64,000 nt of DNA from Haliotis rubra (Eukaryota), in the NCBI RefSeq assembly GCF_003918875.1, contig NW_025767096.1:372001-436000 (forward strand). Reading direction: 5' to 3'. Below are positions 46,727-60,300 of this stretch, piece after piece. The position numbers and the translations under genes were made by a program. A model generated the notes under the pieces. The model saw nothing but the letters and a program-made list of their open reading frames with translations. It had not been told where the DNA came from and did no database searches. How positions within the stretch are numbered: the first letter of the stretch is position 1; each line of letters starts with the position of its first letter.

Positions 46727-49700
46727 TTATTCCCTGGGAACAGCTCTCACTGCGAAAGGTTTAGGGTTGTGAATGAGACCCAGGTGCCCGTCCATGGACG
46801 GTTTCTGTCCATTCACCGACACGAACTGGAACCTCTGGATCATTGTGGTGAGGAAGAGAAACAGTTCCATTCGGGCCATCGCTTCGCCGAGGCAAACTCG
46901 TCGGCCTGTAACAGATGAAGTTTAGACAAACATCACAAACAATAAAACAGGTTAATAAAAGATGGCTTCCTGCAGTTCAAATGAAGAAGGTCTTAACAGT
47001 TTTTGCCGCAGATAAAAAACCCAATGTTGCATATTGCTGATGAAATGGTTGTCGTGAGGGAAGACACGCTTGCTGTGGTGATGTTTCACTGGTCTATTTG
47101 GGAATACCTGCCAGGTCCATGAACTACGTTTGATTAGAAAGCCTCACTGCTGGACATTCTGGTTGTGAAAGTGTAATACGTTACTTAATATATCAAGTAG
47201 TTAACAGTGTAACGCATTTTTTAAATATACAATTAGAAGGAAAGAATCATTTAACATTTGCAAAATGGTTTCATATGCTAAATATCACGTTATGAATAAT
47301 TATTATGTGTACAGATATTAGCCTACAGTCCTTAATCTAGAATGAGTGTAATGTAGAAGCCCCTTGTCATTCAAACTCGCCATGAAGCCCATATCTGGTG
47401 TCCCGTTGCCTCAATATTGCTGGAATATTGCCAAAAGCAGCGTAAAAACATCCTCACTCACTCACTCACACTCACCAAGAGAAAAGGCAATGAACTCTTC
47501 TTTCTTTTGGAACTTCCCTTCGTCGTTCAGGAAACGTTCCGGTCTGAAGTTGTCGGCGTCCCCCCAAACGTCGTTGTCCCTCAGGACGGAATCCAGGTTA
47601 GGTATGACCAGGATGCCTTTAGGGAACGTATACCCTCTGAACTGGACATCATGGGGAACAGTGTGAGGGAGGTTTGCGGGAACAATGTTCGAGTGTCGCA
47701 AAACTTCAGTAATGGTGGCCTCCACGTAAGGAAGGTTCGTCTTGTCCTTCATGGATGGTCGTCTACTCTGACCAACGTTTTCCAGAATCTCCTGGAAGCA
47801 TTTCTCTTGTACATCCGGGTAGTTCAGGAAGTAGACCAGCGCCCAGCGTATTGAGGTGGCCGTTGTCTCTGTTCCGGCAACGAACAGGTTTGCAATTACC
47901 CTGTTTAGATTTTCGACTGGAATAAAAGTGTGAAGATTATTTCATCAATATCATGTAATACGGAACACGACAACAGAAAATATTAAACATGGAACTGATT
48001 CAGAATTTTAATTTAAATGAAAGTATCGATAGCGGCAAGAGCATACTGACTATGAGGACATGCTTCAAATAGGATGCCACTTATGGCTGAAACACTGACT
48101 GAATGAGTTTAGTTTTACGCCGCTTTTAGCAATATTCCAGCAATATCACGGCGGGGGACACCAGAAATGGGCTTAACACATTGTGCCCATTATGGGAATC
48201 GAACCCGGGTCTCCGGCGTGACGAGCCAACGCTTTAACCACTAGGCTACCCCACCTCCCTATGGCTGAAACAATGTCCATGCGACGTGAAAGTTCTTACT
48301 CACACTTCAGATAAGAATCAAACGCTGTTCTTATTTTCACGAAAAACTAACTGCTTGAGCATTTTACAGTGATATTTTAATCGATACCTGTATATGATAT
48401 ATTCCAAATGGTACAAATTGGCTTGATTCAACATGTACTTGTGACGGGCGCCATCATTACCACTTCATGATTATGACGTATTGTCGGAATCGTACAAAGA
48501 ATTTGCCTTTGAAAGAGATTTCTTGTCAGTATGACAATGGTTTTGTCGCTTTTTTACAATCACAAACATGTTTTGAAGGATATTTACAGTCCATGCTTGT
48601 GTCTTCGTTTTGTTGTTGGCGATGTCGCATTTCTTTAATGTATGCACCGAGGAAGTCCTCCACGTCGTTGTCGTCGTGTGTTTTGAGGTGTTCCTTCATA
48701 CTGGGCTGTGTGAGGAGGGTCTCGACTAGAGAGGCATTGTTGACGATCTTTTTTAAACTTAAATGGATCTCCAGGTAAAAATCTCACAAGAGGTAAGGCG
48801 TTTACCACGCTGGAACCTCCGAGAAGAACCAGATTCTCTTCCAGTGCTTTGAGAAACTTGACAAACAGAGAATCGGTATACTCAAACCGTTTGCCGAACA
48901 CAGTGGAACATATGACATTAGATACAGCGTTGTGCACTAAACGCGAACAGTCAAACCCTTGTCCCATTTTTTCATCAATAGCTGCGAGAAATTGAGATAT
49001 TTCCTCGTTGATTTTGTCCTCCATAATATTTTTTCCCATTCCAAAATCTCGCAATGTGTTGAGCGTAAATCTCCTTTGTTCTCGCCACACATCTCCGGAT
49101 GTTCCGATTATCCCTGTTAGACAAGGAAAGACGGAAATATTATTGAGATTGTTTTTTTTTGTGTTTTTTTTATTCACTTTAGTTGGATACAAACGTCAAT
49201 TTTGCGAGCCTTAAAGTGAGAGACAACATGCATAGAAAGGTACACTTACATATTCAATTACATTATGTGCTGGGAATAGAAGACTATATGCAACATCGTG
49301 GAATCACAATGACATGCAAGTACTGCATCCTCGTAAGATGACGTCATAACAGTGACAATTCTGGTGATATTACATCCCATTTTCTATTAAATGAATCCAT
49401 TTTGATATTTTTCGAACAAATATATTTTTCAGTTTGATACACATCTTTTAATACTGCTTTATAAATATTAAAACTGGGTTCATAACATATATATAGCGTT
49501 TGGCCAATAAAATCATGTGATTGAGTAGCTGGTTGCTATTGCAGCAAAATCTATAGTAGACAGTTTATATGTTTTGTTCAATAGTCTGTTAACAATATTG
49601 ATACATTCTTTCCAAAACAGTCTAATAGTTGGAAATTCAATATATATTCTCATTTACCGAACCACACGATGAACATTAAATCATTATCAACCAGTTTCAT

Positions 49701-52173
49701 TTTAATCAACTTCCATTTTGTATATATGGCTTAGATATAAATTTGTGTGTCTTTGTTAGATTGTCTATATTGTAAAGATATAGTTTTCCAATTTAAATGA
49801 TCACCCAATTCGCAGTCCCATTTCTGACAGAAGTTGGGAAAATTATTTTCAGATATGAAATTATCATAAAATAATCTTGAGCCTTTACTGGTGTTGCTCA
49901 AATGATTCCAAGGGGAACATATTGACAATTTTGATTTATTTGGATGTTTTGTCGTTCGTATAACCTCTTTCCATTTTGGGGGAATACTGAGAAGAACACG
50001 ATTTAGGTCAAGTATCGTACCCCTAATATCAAAGTTCTGAAAATGTAAGGAAATCATGGTTATTACAAATATCCTTAATGTGTATTATTCCTTTTTGGAA
50101 CCAGTTCATTATAATCAAATTAGGGTGGTTACACAGGTGATTTAACCAAATGTGTTGCATAAGAATTTAATTTATATCTTTGTTCCATTCATAGCCCTAA
50201 ATATATTTATTCCATGCATCGAGTGCGTCTTTCCAAAACGGGTTTTCGATTTTGTATTGTTTACTAATATTTGAACCTAATGGAAGAATGTCTTTTAAAG
50301 GGAAACCAACTAAACTATAGCACTTAGAATTTGACACGTATCTCTTTAAACATGCAATTTTTAGTGAATCAATAAAAGATGTCAACCATTCTCAGACCAC
50401 CATTTTCATATTGTCGCATTAAATTAATTCGCTTTATCTTGTCTTTCTTATCATTCCATATGAATTTAAAAAATAAATTATTCAATTTTGCTATGACATC
50501 TTTAAGAGGATTGGGAAGAGATGTAAGAACATGAACTATAGTTGATAAAGCTAAACTTTTAATAACGGTTATTTTCCAATCAGGGTTAAGTTTCGTTTTT
50601 TCCAGTCTCTTCTTTGTATTGATCACTCACAGTTTTCTAAATGAGCATTAAGCTTTATTCCCAAAACATCAAACCTGTGACAATGCCAGTCCAGCTTGAA
50701 ATCATGGGATAAAGTTATTTTACAACCAGCCATTGCACCAATCCAAACTGCTTTTGTTTTGTCAATGTTTATCTTCAGACCAGACATATTGTAGAAAGTG
50801 ATAAGTGTTGTCATTGCTTCATTAAGAGAGGCTTGCGAACAGCCTAAGAACGGAATAAAAGAAGTTGTATATCCATAATAATTGTCATTATTCTTCATCA
50901 ACTCAACTTCTAAAATGCCCATCAAAGAAGTCGTCTAAGAACAGTTCAGTATCGTCAGCATATTGGCCAATGATATGTTCAATTTCATTTAACAATATAC
51001 CCTTAATTTTCTTGTTGTTTCTTATCATTAGACCGCCTCCGTGGTGTTGTGCGTCCGCCCGGGAGAGCGGAAGGTCGCGGGTTCGATCCCCGATCGCGTC
51101 ATACCAAAAGACGTTTAAATATGGTACTTGTTGGTTCCTGCCTGGCGCTCGGCATTAATGGGTACAACAAGGACTGGTCGGCTCGGGAGTCAGTATAATG
51201 TGTCTGAGTGGGGTATTCATGCTTCACTGCGGCATGGTATCTCAGTGGGCTAACACTATAAAACCAGTTTAAGTCTGGGCTAGTACAAGCAGCCGCACAT
51301 ACACATACACACGCATGCACGTCGTCATATGAGCAAAATATTCTCAAGCACGACGCTAAACCCAATTTCACCTCACCTCATCAGCATCACACACATTCAA
51401 TTCATAATTCGCGTGCACGCCTTAAAGCAGCACACTAAATAGTGAGTAAATCACATGTCACAACATACGTGTAGGTCGTGCTTTCTGATAACTACAAGAG
51501 ATCAAAAACGTGCTTTGTACATCAAAGGAAAACAAATAGGTTACCTACGTGTTGTGAATCCACATCAAACACAAATAATATCAAATTATCTGAATTATCT
51601 GAGATTTGTTTGTTGTTCAACTCAACAATATTTCTGCTGTATGTCGGTAAATGATTGCGTTGTGGTCTGACCATCCACTGACCCGTATCATGAGTATCGG
51701 TCTACGCAGTTGGGATACGTTGAGAGGCTTTAACAATGTCAGCGACCTCGAATGGATGTATAAGTGCAACGCTTTTGTCTGTAAACAAAATATACTGCAA
51801 AAATGATATGAAAAAATATATTATAAACATAAAGGAACGAACCTTTCCCTCTTGATATGAAGTCGTTCAGTAAGGTATATGGTCTGTCGGAGAAGACGTC
51901 AGCGTTCTTGACAAGTGCATCTTTGAGAACGGTGAAGCCGTTGAGGACGATAACAGGCTTGTTGAAGAGATACACACTGAATATGTCACCATACCTACTG
52001 CGAAGATTCCTAAAGGTGAGTTTTGGATCTGAGCCATTGGACAGGGCGTTCCCCACAAACGGGAGGAGAGGTGGGCCTGGGGGTAGTCCAGGGTAGCGCC
52101 GTGTCAACAGCCACAACGCAGCCACTACAACAACAAGCCCCAAGAAAGGCGTAGCGCTGAATACATCCAACAT
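46727..52173 (-). CDS. Cytochrome P450, CYP2 clan, copy A (~491 aa if a +1 A in exon 2 is removed)
   Basis: Exons 52173-51843, 49113-48588, 47916-47476, 46905-46727. TM anchor, PPGP hinge, WREQRRF C-helix, AGTETT I-helix, EVLR, FRPERF, heme motif FSLGRRVCLG. Exon 2 is 526 nt and needs 525 (T6 run at 48749-48754). Confidence 0.92.
48095..48259 (-). mobile_element. SINE family B, present only in CYP copy A intron 2
   Basis: TSD tatggctgaaaca; empty site near 58666 in copy B. Confidence 0.92.
49340..51029 (-). mobile_element. Decayed L1/Tx1-clade LINE 3' half in CYP copy A intron 1
   Basis: YADD at ~50952-50963, [33 protein letters not shown]; many frameshifts. Confidence 0.85.
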
Positions 52174-54320
52174 CACTCCTCTGTAACTGACCTCCACAGA
52201 ATTGATTGACTACTGTCAATAGTGTGCACTAACCCCGCTAATACCAACCAACACAACAAATCCCTGTCCCAAACTATATGAGTCTAGCTGTACATTACAG
52301 TGGTGACCCTACCGGTCAAGGAATGGAAGGGTGTCCATTACAGAGGTGACGCGACACGTCAAGGAATGGAAGGGTGTCCATGTAACACGACCTGTAGTTG
52401 TATGGATGTGGCTAGGTCAAATCGCCGTGTCACTGTACAGCCCCTGATCCAGGCTGCCGCGGTCCAGGGTCATTGACTGTTCATAGCTATTTTAAACTTG
52501 AAGTGTTAATCTCTGAAGAGACCACGGATACAGTCGTTTGTAATCCAACTGGCATAACATCCAGTCTATTATTAGGCAGAACACGTTGAATTCATCTGAG
52601 GGGACTGTAGATCACCTACCTCTAAAACGAATTTGAATTTTCAAAAGAATACCGATGGCAATTAATTCAACAGTGTAAGGAACATGAGTGATCCAGTCAA
52701 GTTATCCAGCTGGAGTGTGTTTCCTGTTAAGATTGGTCGAAAAACGTTATATCTAAAGATTCGCCTGCATAGAATGTTTTTCTTAATCATGTATCATATC
52801 TAACAGGCAAGTAAACTGAAAAACATGATTTTGCAAATATCAATGTTTCCAGTTACATTTAGTCAATTCTTTGAAAGACTTCGTAATATTCGTAGAATGT
52901 TTAAATGTCCAAGTGCTGAAGTTGGCAGTGGGGTATCCTAGTGGTTAAATCGTCCGCTCGAAGACCCGTGTTCGATTCCCCAAATGGGTACAACGTGTGA
53001 AGCCCATTTCTGGTGTCCCCCGTCGCGATATTGCTGGTATATTGCTAAAAGCAGTGTGAAACGTAACTCACTCACTCACTCCAAGTGCTGAAATCACGTT
53101 CAGTAATCGTCTCTTAAAACGATCATGAGTCGGGATGTGACCAGCGGGGCGTGACGAGGGTATGCCAAGGTTGATATGTGATTCCTCGCAGCTTGACATT
53201 TATTGTGTGTGCCTTTCCTTTCAACCCTTAAACGTATCAACGTTGTTTACAGTGATGAATTTGTTAAACCTTGAGCTTCCTATTGCGAACAAGTGTAATA
53301 ACAATCAGCTATTAAGTCAGGGGCGGGTACAGCTTTTTGAGAAAGGGTGTGTGTGCACAGTTCAGAAGGAGGTGTGTGGGGTGGGGGTGTCATCTAATTT
53401 ACTGTTGGGGACCTACGGGTGCTTGTAACATTGTAACATATTGGTAACGACTTTTGAAAATACGAATAACCATTGGATAAACTGTGGTTGCATTTATTAT
53501 CCTTCTGTGACATATTTGTGTGTGTCATGACAATCATGTTTGGTGTTAATACTGGTTGGAAATCCCCTGGGAACGTTTGACGTCTGAACTTGTTTCGGGC
53601 TAAGATTGGTATTAACCTGTGAAGTGGGTCAACCGGTCTATGCACCCCCTATCCTACCCATCGTAATCCCCCTTAATCCCATGTTGTCATACCAGTCACT
53701 ATACGCGGGGTAATTTGTACCTACAACAGCAGATGCTGAAGGAGGAGGTATAAAAAATGTCAAAAATCAAATCGACATTCTAGGTGCCCGGCCGATCACT
53801 GAAATATCGCATCGCATCGCACACCGGCAACCTGTTTCAACAGCTCTTGAATGGCGTATTTGCCCTTTTGGGAAGGATTAAGCCAGCCATTTTCCTTTTT
53901 TCAAATTTCACAATGTTTAAGATTGTCCTAAAGTTTTAAAAAAACTGTGAAGCTGCTAATCTGAGTTTAAATGCCCTTTAACTAGGCATCGAATGTTCAG
54001 GGACACATGCATCATTTGACAATAACCATTTGGAAATCCTGGCCAGGAGCCATGGCGACTCCTTGAATCTCATCACACTGGTATATATACTCATGGAAAC
54101 GAATATGGGAACACAGAACACATGTTACTGTACTCTTTTCTGGGTTTCTTCATATGCTTTATATTGCATTGTGAATGAAATGATTAAAGGAACACTTGCA
54201 CTTTCGAGTATATAATCACAGTCGAGAGTGGCATTATGGGGTTATCGTCACTCTGCAGGGAAAAGGGCCAATACTTTACAGGTACTCTGATGACACTGTC
54301 CGTATCATTTAAATCCAATC

Positions 54321-57300
54321 TTATTCCCTGGGAACAGCTCTCACTGCGAAAGGTTTAGGGTTGTGGATCAGACCCAGGTGCCCGTCCATGGACGGTTTCT
54401 GTCCATTCACCGACACGAACTGGAACCTCTGGATCATTGTGGTGAGGAAGAGAAACAGTTCCATTCGGGCCATCGCTTCGCCGAGGCAAACTCGTCGGCC
54501 TGTAACAGATGAAGTTTAGACAAACATCACAAACAATAAAACAGGTTAATAAAAGATGGCTTCCTGCAGTTCAAATGAAGGTCTTAACAGTTTTTGCCGC
54601 AGATAAATAACAATGTTGCATATTGCTGATGAAATGGTTGTCGTGAGGGAAGACACGCTAGCTGTGGTGATGTTTCACTGGTCTATTTGGGAATACCTGC
54701 CAGGTCAATGAACTACGTTTGATTAGAAAGCCTCACTGCTGGACATTCTGGTTGTGAAAGCGTAATACGTTACTTAATATATCAAGTAGTTAACAGTGTA
54801 ACGCATTTTTGTAATATACAATTAGAAGGAAAGAATCATTTAACTTTTGCAAAATGGTTTCATATGCTAAATATCACGTTATGAATTACAGATTAAAGAT
54901 AGTATGCAGCAGAGAGGGTTTGGGTGATCCTGGCACAGTCAGGCTGGTAAGGCTCATCATCAGCTCAGGGCCCTTGCCCCTTCTACACGCAGCTCAGACA
55001 GCGAATGGGACTTCTCCCAGGAAACGCTGCCTAGTCGAACCCGCCAAGAGAATATGAACCCGGAGAATATGAAGGCTTCCCAACACTGCAGCCTTCTGCA
55101 TTACCCAGAGTGTCAGAGGGGCTGTACTCCCGGTGGAGAACCCGGGCACTCTCCTGATCTGCGCCAAGAGATCAGGAGGTACCAAACCAAGGGCACCGAG
55201 AACAATGGGGAGCCTGGCGACAGTGTACTTGGGATGCCAGCGAGACATTTCAAAGGCGAGGTCCGCATATTTATCATGGTTTTCCTGAATCTTGCCAATC
55301 ACATTGGTGTCAAAAGGGACAGAAAATTCAATGATATAAATAAATTCATTGGCTTTATCGAAAAGGACAAGATCAGGTTTGATGGCTTGAATTCTTCTGA
55401 GGCTGTATATGGGCCTATTCCAGAGAAGTTTGAAAGCATCATTTTCCATGATGCCCTGGACATGTTCAGGATCGTACCATGCATGTCGGAGACGGTAGTA
55501 AAAGGAACGAGCCATGCCATCATGTCGTTTAAGATATGCTGTTTGTGCCAAGGAAGGGCATCCACTAACAAGGTGTTGGACAGTCTCTGTGAATTCATTG
55601 CAAAGTCGACATTTCATGTTAATATTCTCTTTAAGAATCACATTTAGGCGATTACGAGTGGGAAGTGACTGGTCCTGAGCAGCAAAAAGGAAGCCCTCAG
55701 TTTCACATCCAGGCGAAGGAGTCGGTGGGATTGCTATTCTGTTCCACACACTGCATGTACACACGATGCAATGGCTTCTCAGAAAGCTTCTCCACAAAAG
55801 ACCGACTCTGGGCAGACCTGGTGAAGGACTTCACCTGGTTTACTCCCATCGCTGTACCGTCCAGCAGTACATCGCCATCAGCAAAGTCAACCTCAAATTT
55901 CAGATTCTGTCCAACAACCTTGGCACGCTTAAAATAGCTGTGGAATTCCTTGCTTTCATCATGAGTCTTCACATGCATCACTAGAGGATCATCCGATAAA
56001 TAAATATGTGCAAAAGTACACAATAAAATTCTATCATGAAGAGCCTCCACATTAATCAAACCCCGACCTCCAGATTTGATTGGCATGTATAAACGGTTAA
56101 GAGAGGAACGAGGGTGGTGGGCTCTGTTGTCAGACATGATCCTTCTGGTCAGACGGTCAAGACTCTGGATGTCTTGTTTTGTCCAATCAACTACTCCAAA
56201 GGAGTAGGAAAAGACTGGCACAGCAAAAGTATTGGTGGCTTTGACCTTGTTTCGAGCATTTAGCTCTGAGCTCCAGATTTTCTTTAAACGAGATTTGTAC
56301 TCGTCCCGAAGTTTGTCTTGAATCTGGGCATTCTGGAGCTTGTCTCGAACTTGCATTCCAAGAAAGGTGTAGGCCTGATCTTCCACAAGATGCTCAATAA
56401 CTCCTCCCCCTTGTAACTTGACCGATCCATCATTAGTTACCTTGCCACGTTTCAAATGAAGAGTATTACATTTGTCGAGTCCAAATGTCATGCCAATATC
56501 ATTAGAAAAGGACTCGACAAGGAGAACGTGCTCTTTCAAATTGGAATCTCCTTTGGCAAGGAGCTGGATGTCATCCATGGAAAGGAGATGAGTAAGAGGT
56601 GTTTGGGATCTGTGCTGAGGAGGTCCGGGATGGTAACCTCCTCTTTATTGAGCAGAAAGCTCAAAGGATTTAAAGACAGACAAAAAAGCAAAGGACTAAA
56701 GGAATCCCCCTGAAATATTCCCCTTCTGATTGGAATAGATTCCGAAGTCTGCACCTGCCCTTGCGAGTACATCTCAAGTTGAGTCGACCAGCAACTCATT
56801 AAAGACTTGAGTAAATCAAGTAGTCGCTTAGGGAGGTCAATACAATGAAGAGACTTCAGAATCCATTCGTGAGGGACAGAGTCGTATGCTTTTTTTGTAG
56901 TCAATCCAGCACATGAAGAGGTTGCGGTGATATTTTTTAGCCTCTTCCAAAATCATTTTCTGTACAAGAAGTTCATCCTTGCACCCCCAACATCCCTTTC
57001 TTGCTCCCTTCTGCTCCCTGTAAATGATATCATCGGAAGAGCAGTAAGATGACATGAGGTTTGTCAAACACCCTGTGAATATTTTGTATTGTGTATTCAA
57101 ACATTAGATAGGGCGGAAGTTTTTGGGATCAGTCAAGTCTCCTTTCTTGGGGAGAAGTATTGTGCGACCTTTGCAGAACCATGGAGGAACATGACCTGTG
57201 TCCACAAGAGAACTGAAGCAGTGAAGTAATGGTGTTTGGACACAGGGGAACAGTTTCCAATACCAGTTTCGAATGCCATCAGGCCCTGGAGCTGTATTAG

Positions 57301-60300
57301 ATTTGGACTTTTTGATGACACTTTTCAGGCAATCTGGTCAGATGTAACAGACAAACGACCTAGTTACTTTCCCTAGTTACTTTCCCATGTCATAATCACT
57401 GACCCATGGTGCCTCTAGGTTACAATCGCCGGGTACAGACCACAACTGTTTCCAGAACCTTTCATTGGCATCCATGGGAGGCCTATTATCATGCTCACCA
57501 TCACCGTTTGTTTTAAGTTGCCTGTAGAAGTGCTTTCATTATTTCTAAAAAGTTTATTTTGTTTGATGAATTTATTTTTCTTTTCCCATTTTTTCTTTCT
57601 TTCAGTCCAAACCTTTATTTTTGCCTTAAGGGAATCGACAATTTGGAGAAGTATCTTTTCTTTCGTTGTTTTATATTTCAGTTTTAATTTTCTCCAAATT
57701 GCCTTTTGTCGTTTAGACATAGGATTCCCTGATGATCTTAACTTCAGGCAAAGCTCTATCCAGGAAATGTATTTTCTAGTTTCTGTTAGTTTCACTTGAA
57801 ATCGGTTTTTCTTTGGTGTATTGTTCTTAGTATTGGATGTGTTTTCTTTGGAAACTGTGTGAAGTTCCTCCAAGGATAATTATTATGTGTACAATTATTA
57901 GCCTACAGTCCTTAATCTAGAATGAGTGTAATGTAGAAGCCCCTTGTCATTCAAACTCGCCATGAAGCCCATATCTGGTGTCCCCCTGCCGCGATATTGC
58001 TGAAATATTGCCAAAAGCAGCGTAAAAACATCCTCACTCCCTCCCTCACTCACACTCACCAAGAGAAAAGGCAATGAACTCTTCTTTCTTTTGGAACTTC
58101 CCTTCGTCGTTCAGGAAACGTTCCGGTCTGAAGTTGTCGGCGTCCCCCCAAACGTCGCTGTCCCTCAGAACGGAATCCAGGTTAGGTATGACCAGGATGC
58201 CTTTAGGGAACGTATATCCTCTGAACTGGACATCATGGGAAACAGTGTGGGGGAGGTTTGCGGGAACAATGTTCGAGTGTCGCAAAACTTCAGTAATGGT
58301 GGCCTCCATGTAAGGAAGGCTCGTCTTGTCCTTCATGGATGGTCGTCTGCTCTGACCAACGTTTTCCAGAATCTCCTGGAAGCATTTCTCTTGTACATCC
58401 GGGTAGTTCAGGAAGTAGACCAGCGCCCAGCGTATTGAGGTGGCCGTTGTCTCTGTTCCGGCAACGAACAGGTTTGCAATTACCCTGTTTAGATTTTCGA
58501 CTGAAATAAAAGTGTGAAGATTATTTCATCAATACCACGTAATACGTAACACGACAACATAACATATTAAACATGGAACTGATTCAGAATTTTAATTTAA
58601 ATGAAAGTATCGATAGCGGCAAGAGCATACTGACTATGAGGACATGTTTCAAATAGGATGTCACTTATAGCTGAAACAATGTCCATGCGATGTGAAAGTT
58701 CTTACACACACTTCGGATAAGGATCAAACACTGTTCTTATTTTCACGAAACACTAACTGCTTGAGCATTTTACAGTGATATTTTAATCGATACCTGTATA
58801 TGATATATTCCAAATGGTACAAATTGGCTTGATTCAACATGTACTTGTGACGGGCGCCATCATTACCACTTCATGATTATGACGTATTGTCGGAATCGTA
58901 CAAAGAATTTGCCTTTGAAAGAGATTTCTTGTCAGTATGACAATGGTTTTGTCGCTTTTTTACAATCACAAACATGTTTTGAAGGATATTTACAGTCCAT
59001 GCTTGTGTCTTCGTTTTGTTGTTGGCGATGTCGCATTTCTTTAATGTATGCACCGAGGAAGTCCTCCACGTCGTTGTCGTCGTGTGTTTTGAGGTGTTCC
59101 TTCATACTGGGCTGTGTGAGGAGGGTCTCGACTAGAGAGGCATTGTTGACGATCTTTTTTAAACTTAAATGGATCTCCAGGTAAAAATCTCACAAGAGGT
59201 AAGGCGTCTACCACGCTGGAACCTCCGAGAAGAACCAGATTCTCTTCCAGTGCTTTGAGAAACTTGACAAACAGAGAATCGGTATACTCAAACCGTTTGC
59301 CGAACACAGTGGAACATATGACATTAGATACAGCGTTGTGCACTAAACGCGAACAGTCAAACCCTTGTCCCATTTTTTCATCAATAGCTGCGAGAAATTG
59401 AGATATTTCCTCATTGATTTTGTCCTCCATAATATTTTTTCCCATTCCAAAATCTCGCAACGTGTTGAGCGTAAATGTCCTTTGTTCTCGCCACACATCT
59501 CCGGATGTTCCGATTATCCCTGTTAGACAAGGAAAGACGGAAATATTATTGAGATTGTTTTTAATTTTTTTTTTTTTATTCACTTTAGTTGGATACAAAC
59601 GTCAATTTTGCGAGCTTAAAGTGAGAGACAACATGCATAGAAAGGCACGCTTACGTATTGAATTACATTATGTGCTGGGAATAGTAGACTATATGCAACA
59701 TCGTGGAATCACAATGACAGCAAGTACTGCATCCTCGTAAGATGATGGGCGGTGGGGTAGCCTAGTGGTTAAAGCGTTGGCTCGTCACGCCGAAGGCCCG
59801 GGTTCGATTCCCCACATGGGCACAATGTGTTAAGCCCATTTCTGGTGTCCCCCGCCGTGATATTGCTGGAATGTGGCGTAAAACTAAACTCAGTCAGTCA
59901 GTCAGTCGTAAGATGAAGTCATAACAGTGACAATTCTGGTGATATTACATTCCATTTTCTATTAAATGAATCCATTTTGATATTTTTCGAACAAATACAT
60001 TTTTCAGTTTGATACACATCTTTTAATTCTGTTTGATAGATATTAAAACTGGGTTTCAAACCCTTTATGTTCATAACATATATATGGCGTTTGGCCAATA
60101 AAATCATGTGGTTGAGTAGCTGGTTGCTATTGCAGCAAAATCTATAGTAGAAAGTTCATATGTTATGTTCAATAGTCTATTAACAATATTGATAAATTCT
60201 TTCCAAAACAGTCTAATAGTTGGACATACAATATAAACATGACAGATGTTCTCACTTACCGAACCACACGATGAACATAAAATCATTATCAACCAGTTTC

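Noticed and set aside
55054-55647. 197-aa plus-strand ORF
   Set aside because: Antisense shadow of the R4 retrotransposon ORF, with no recognisable motifs.
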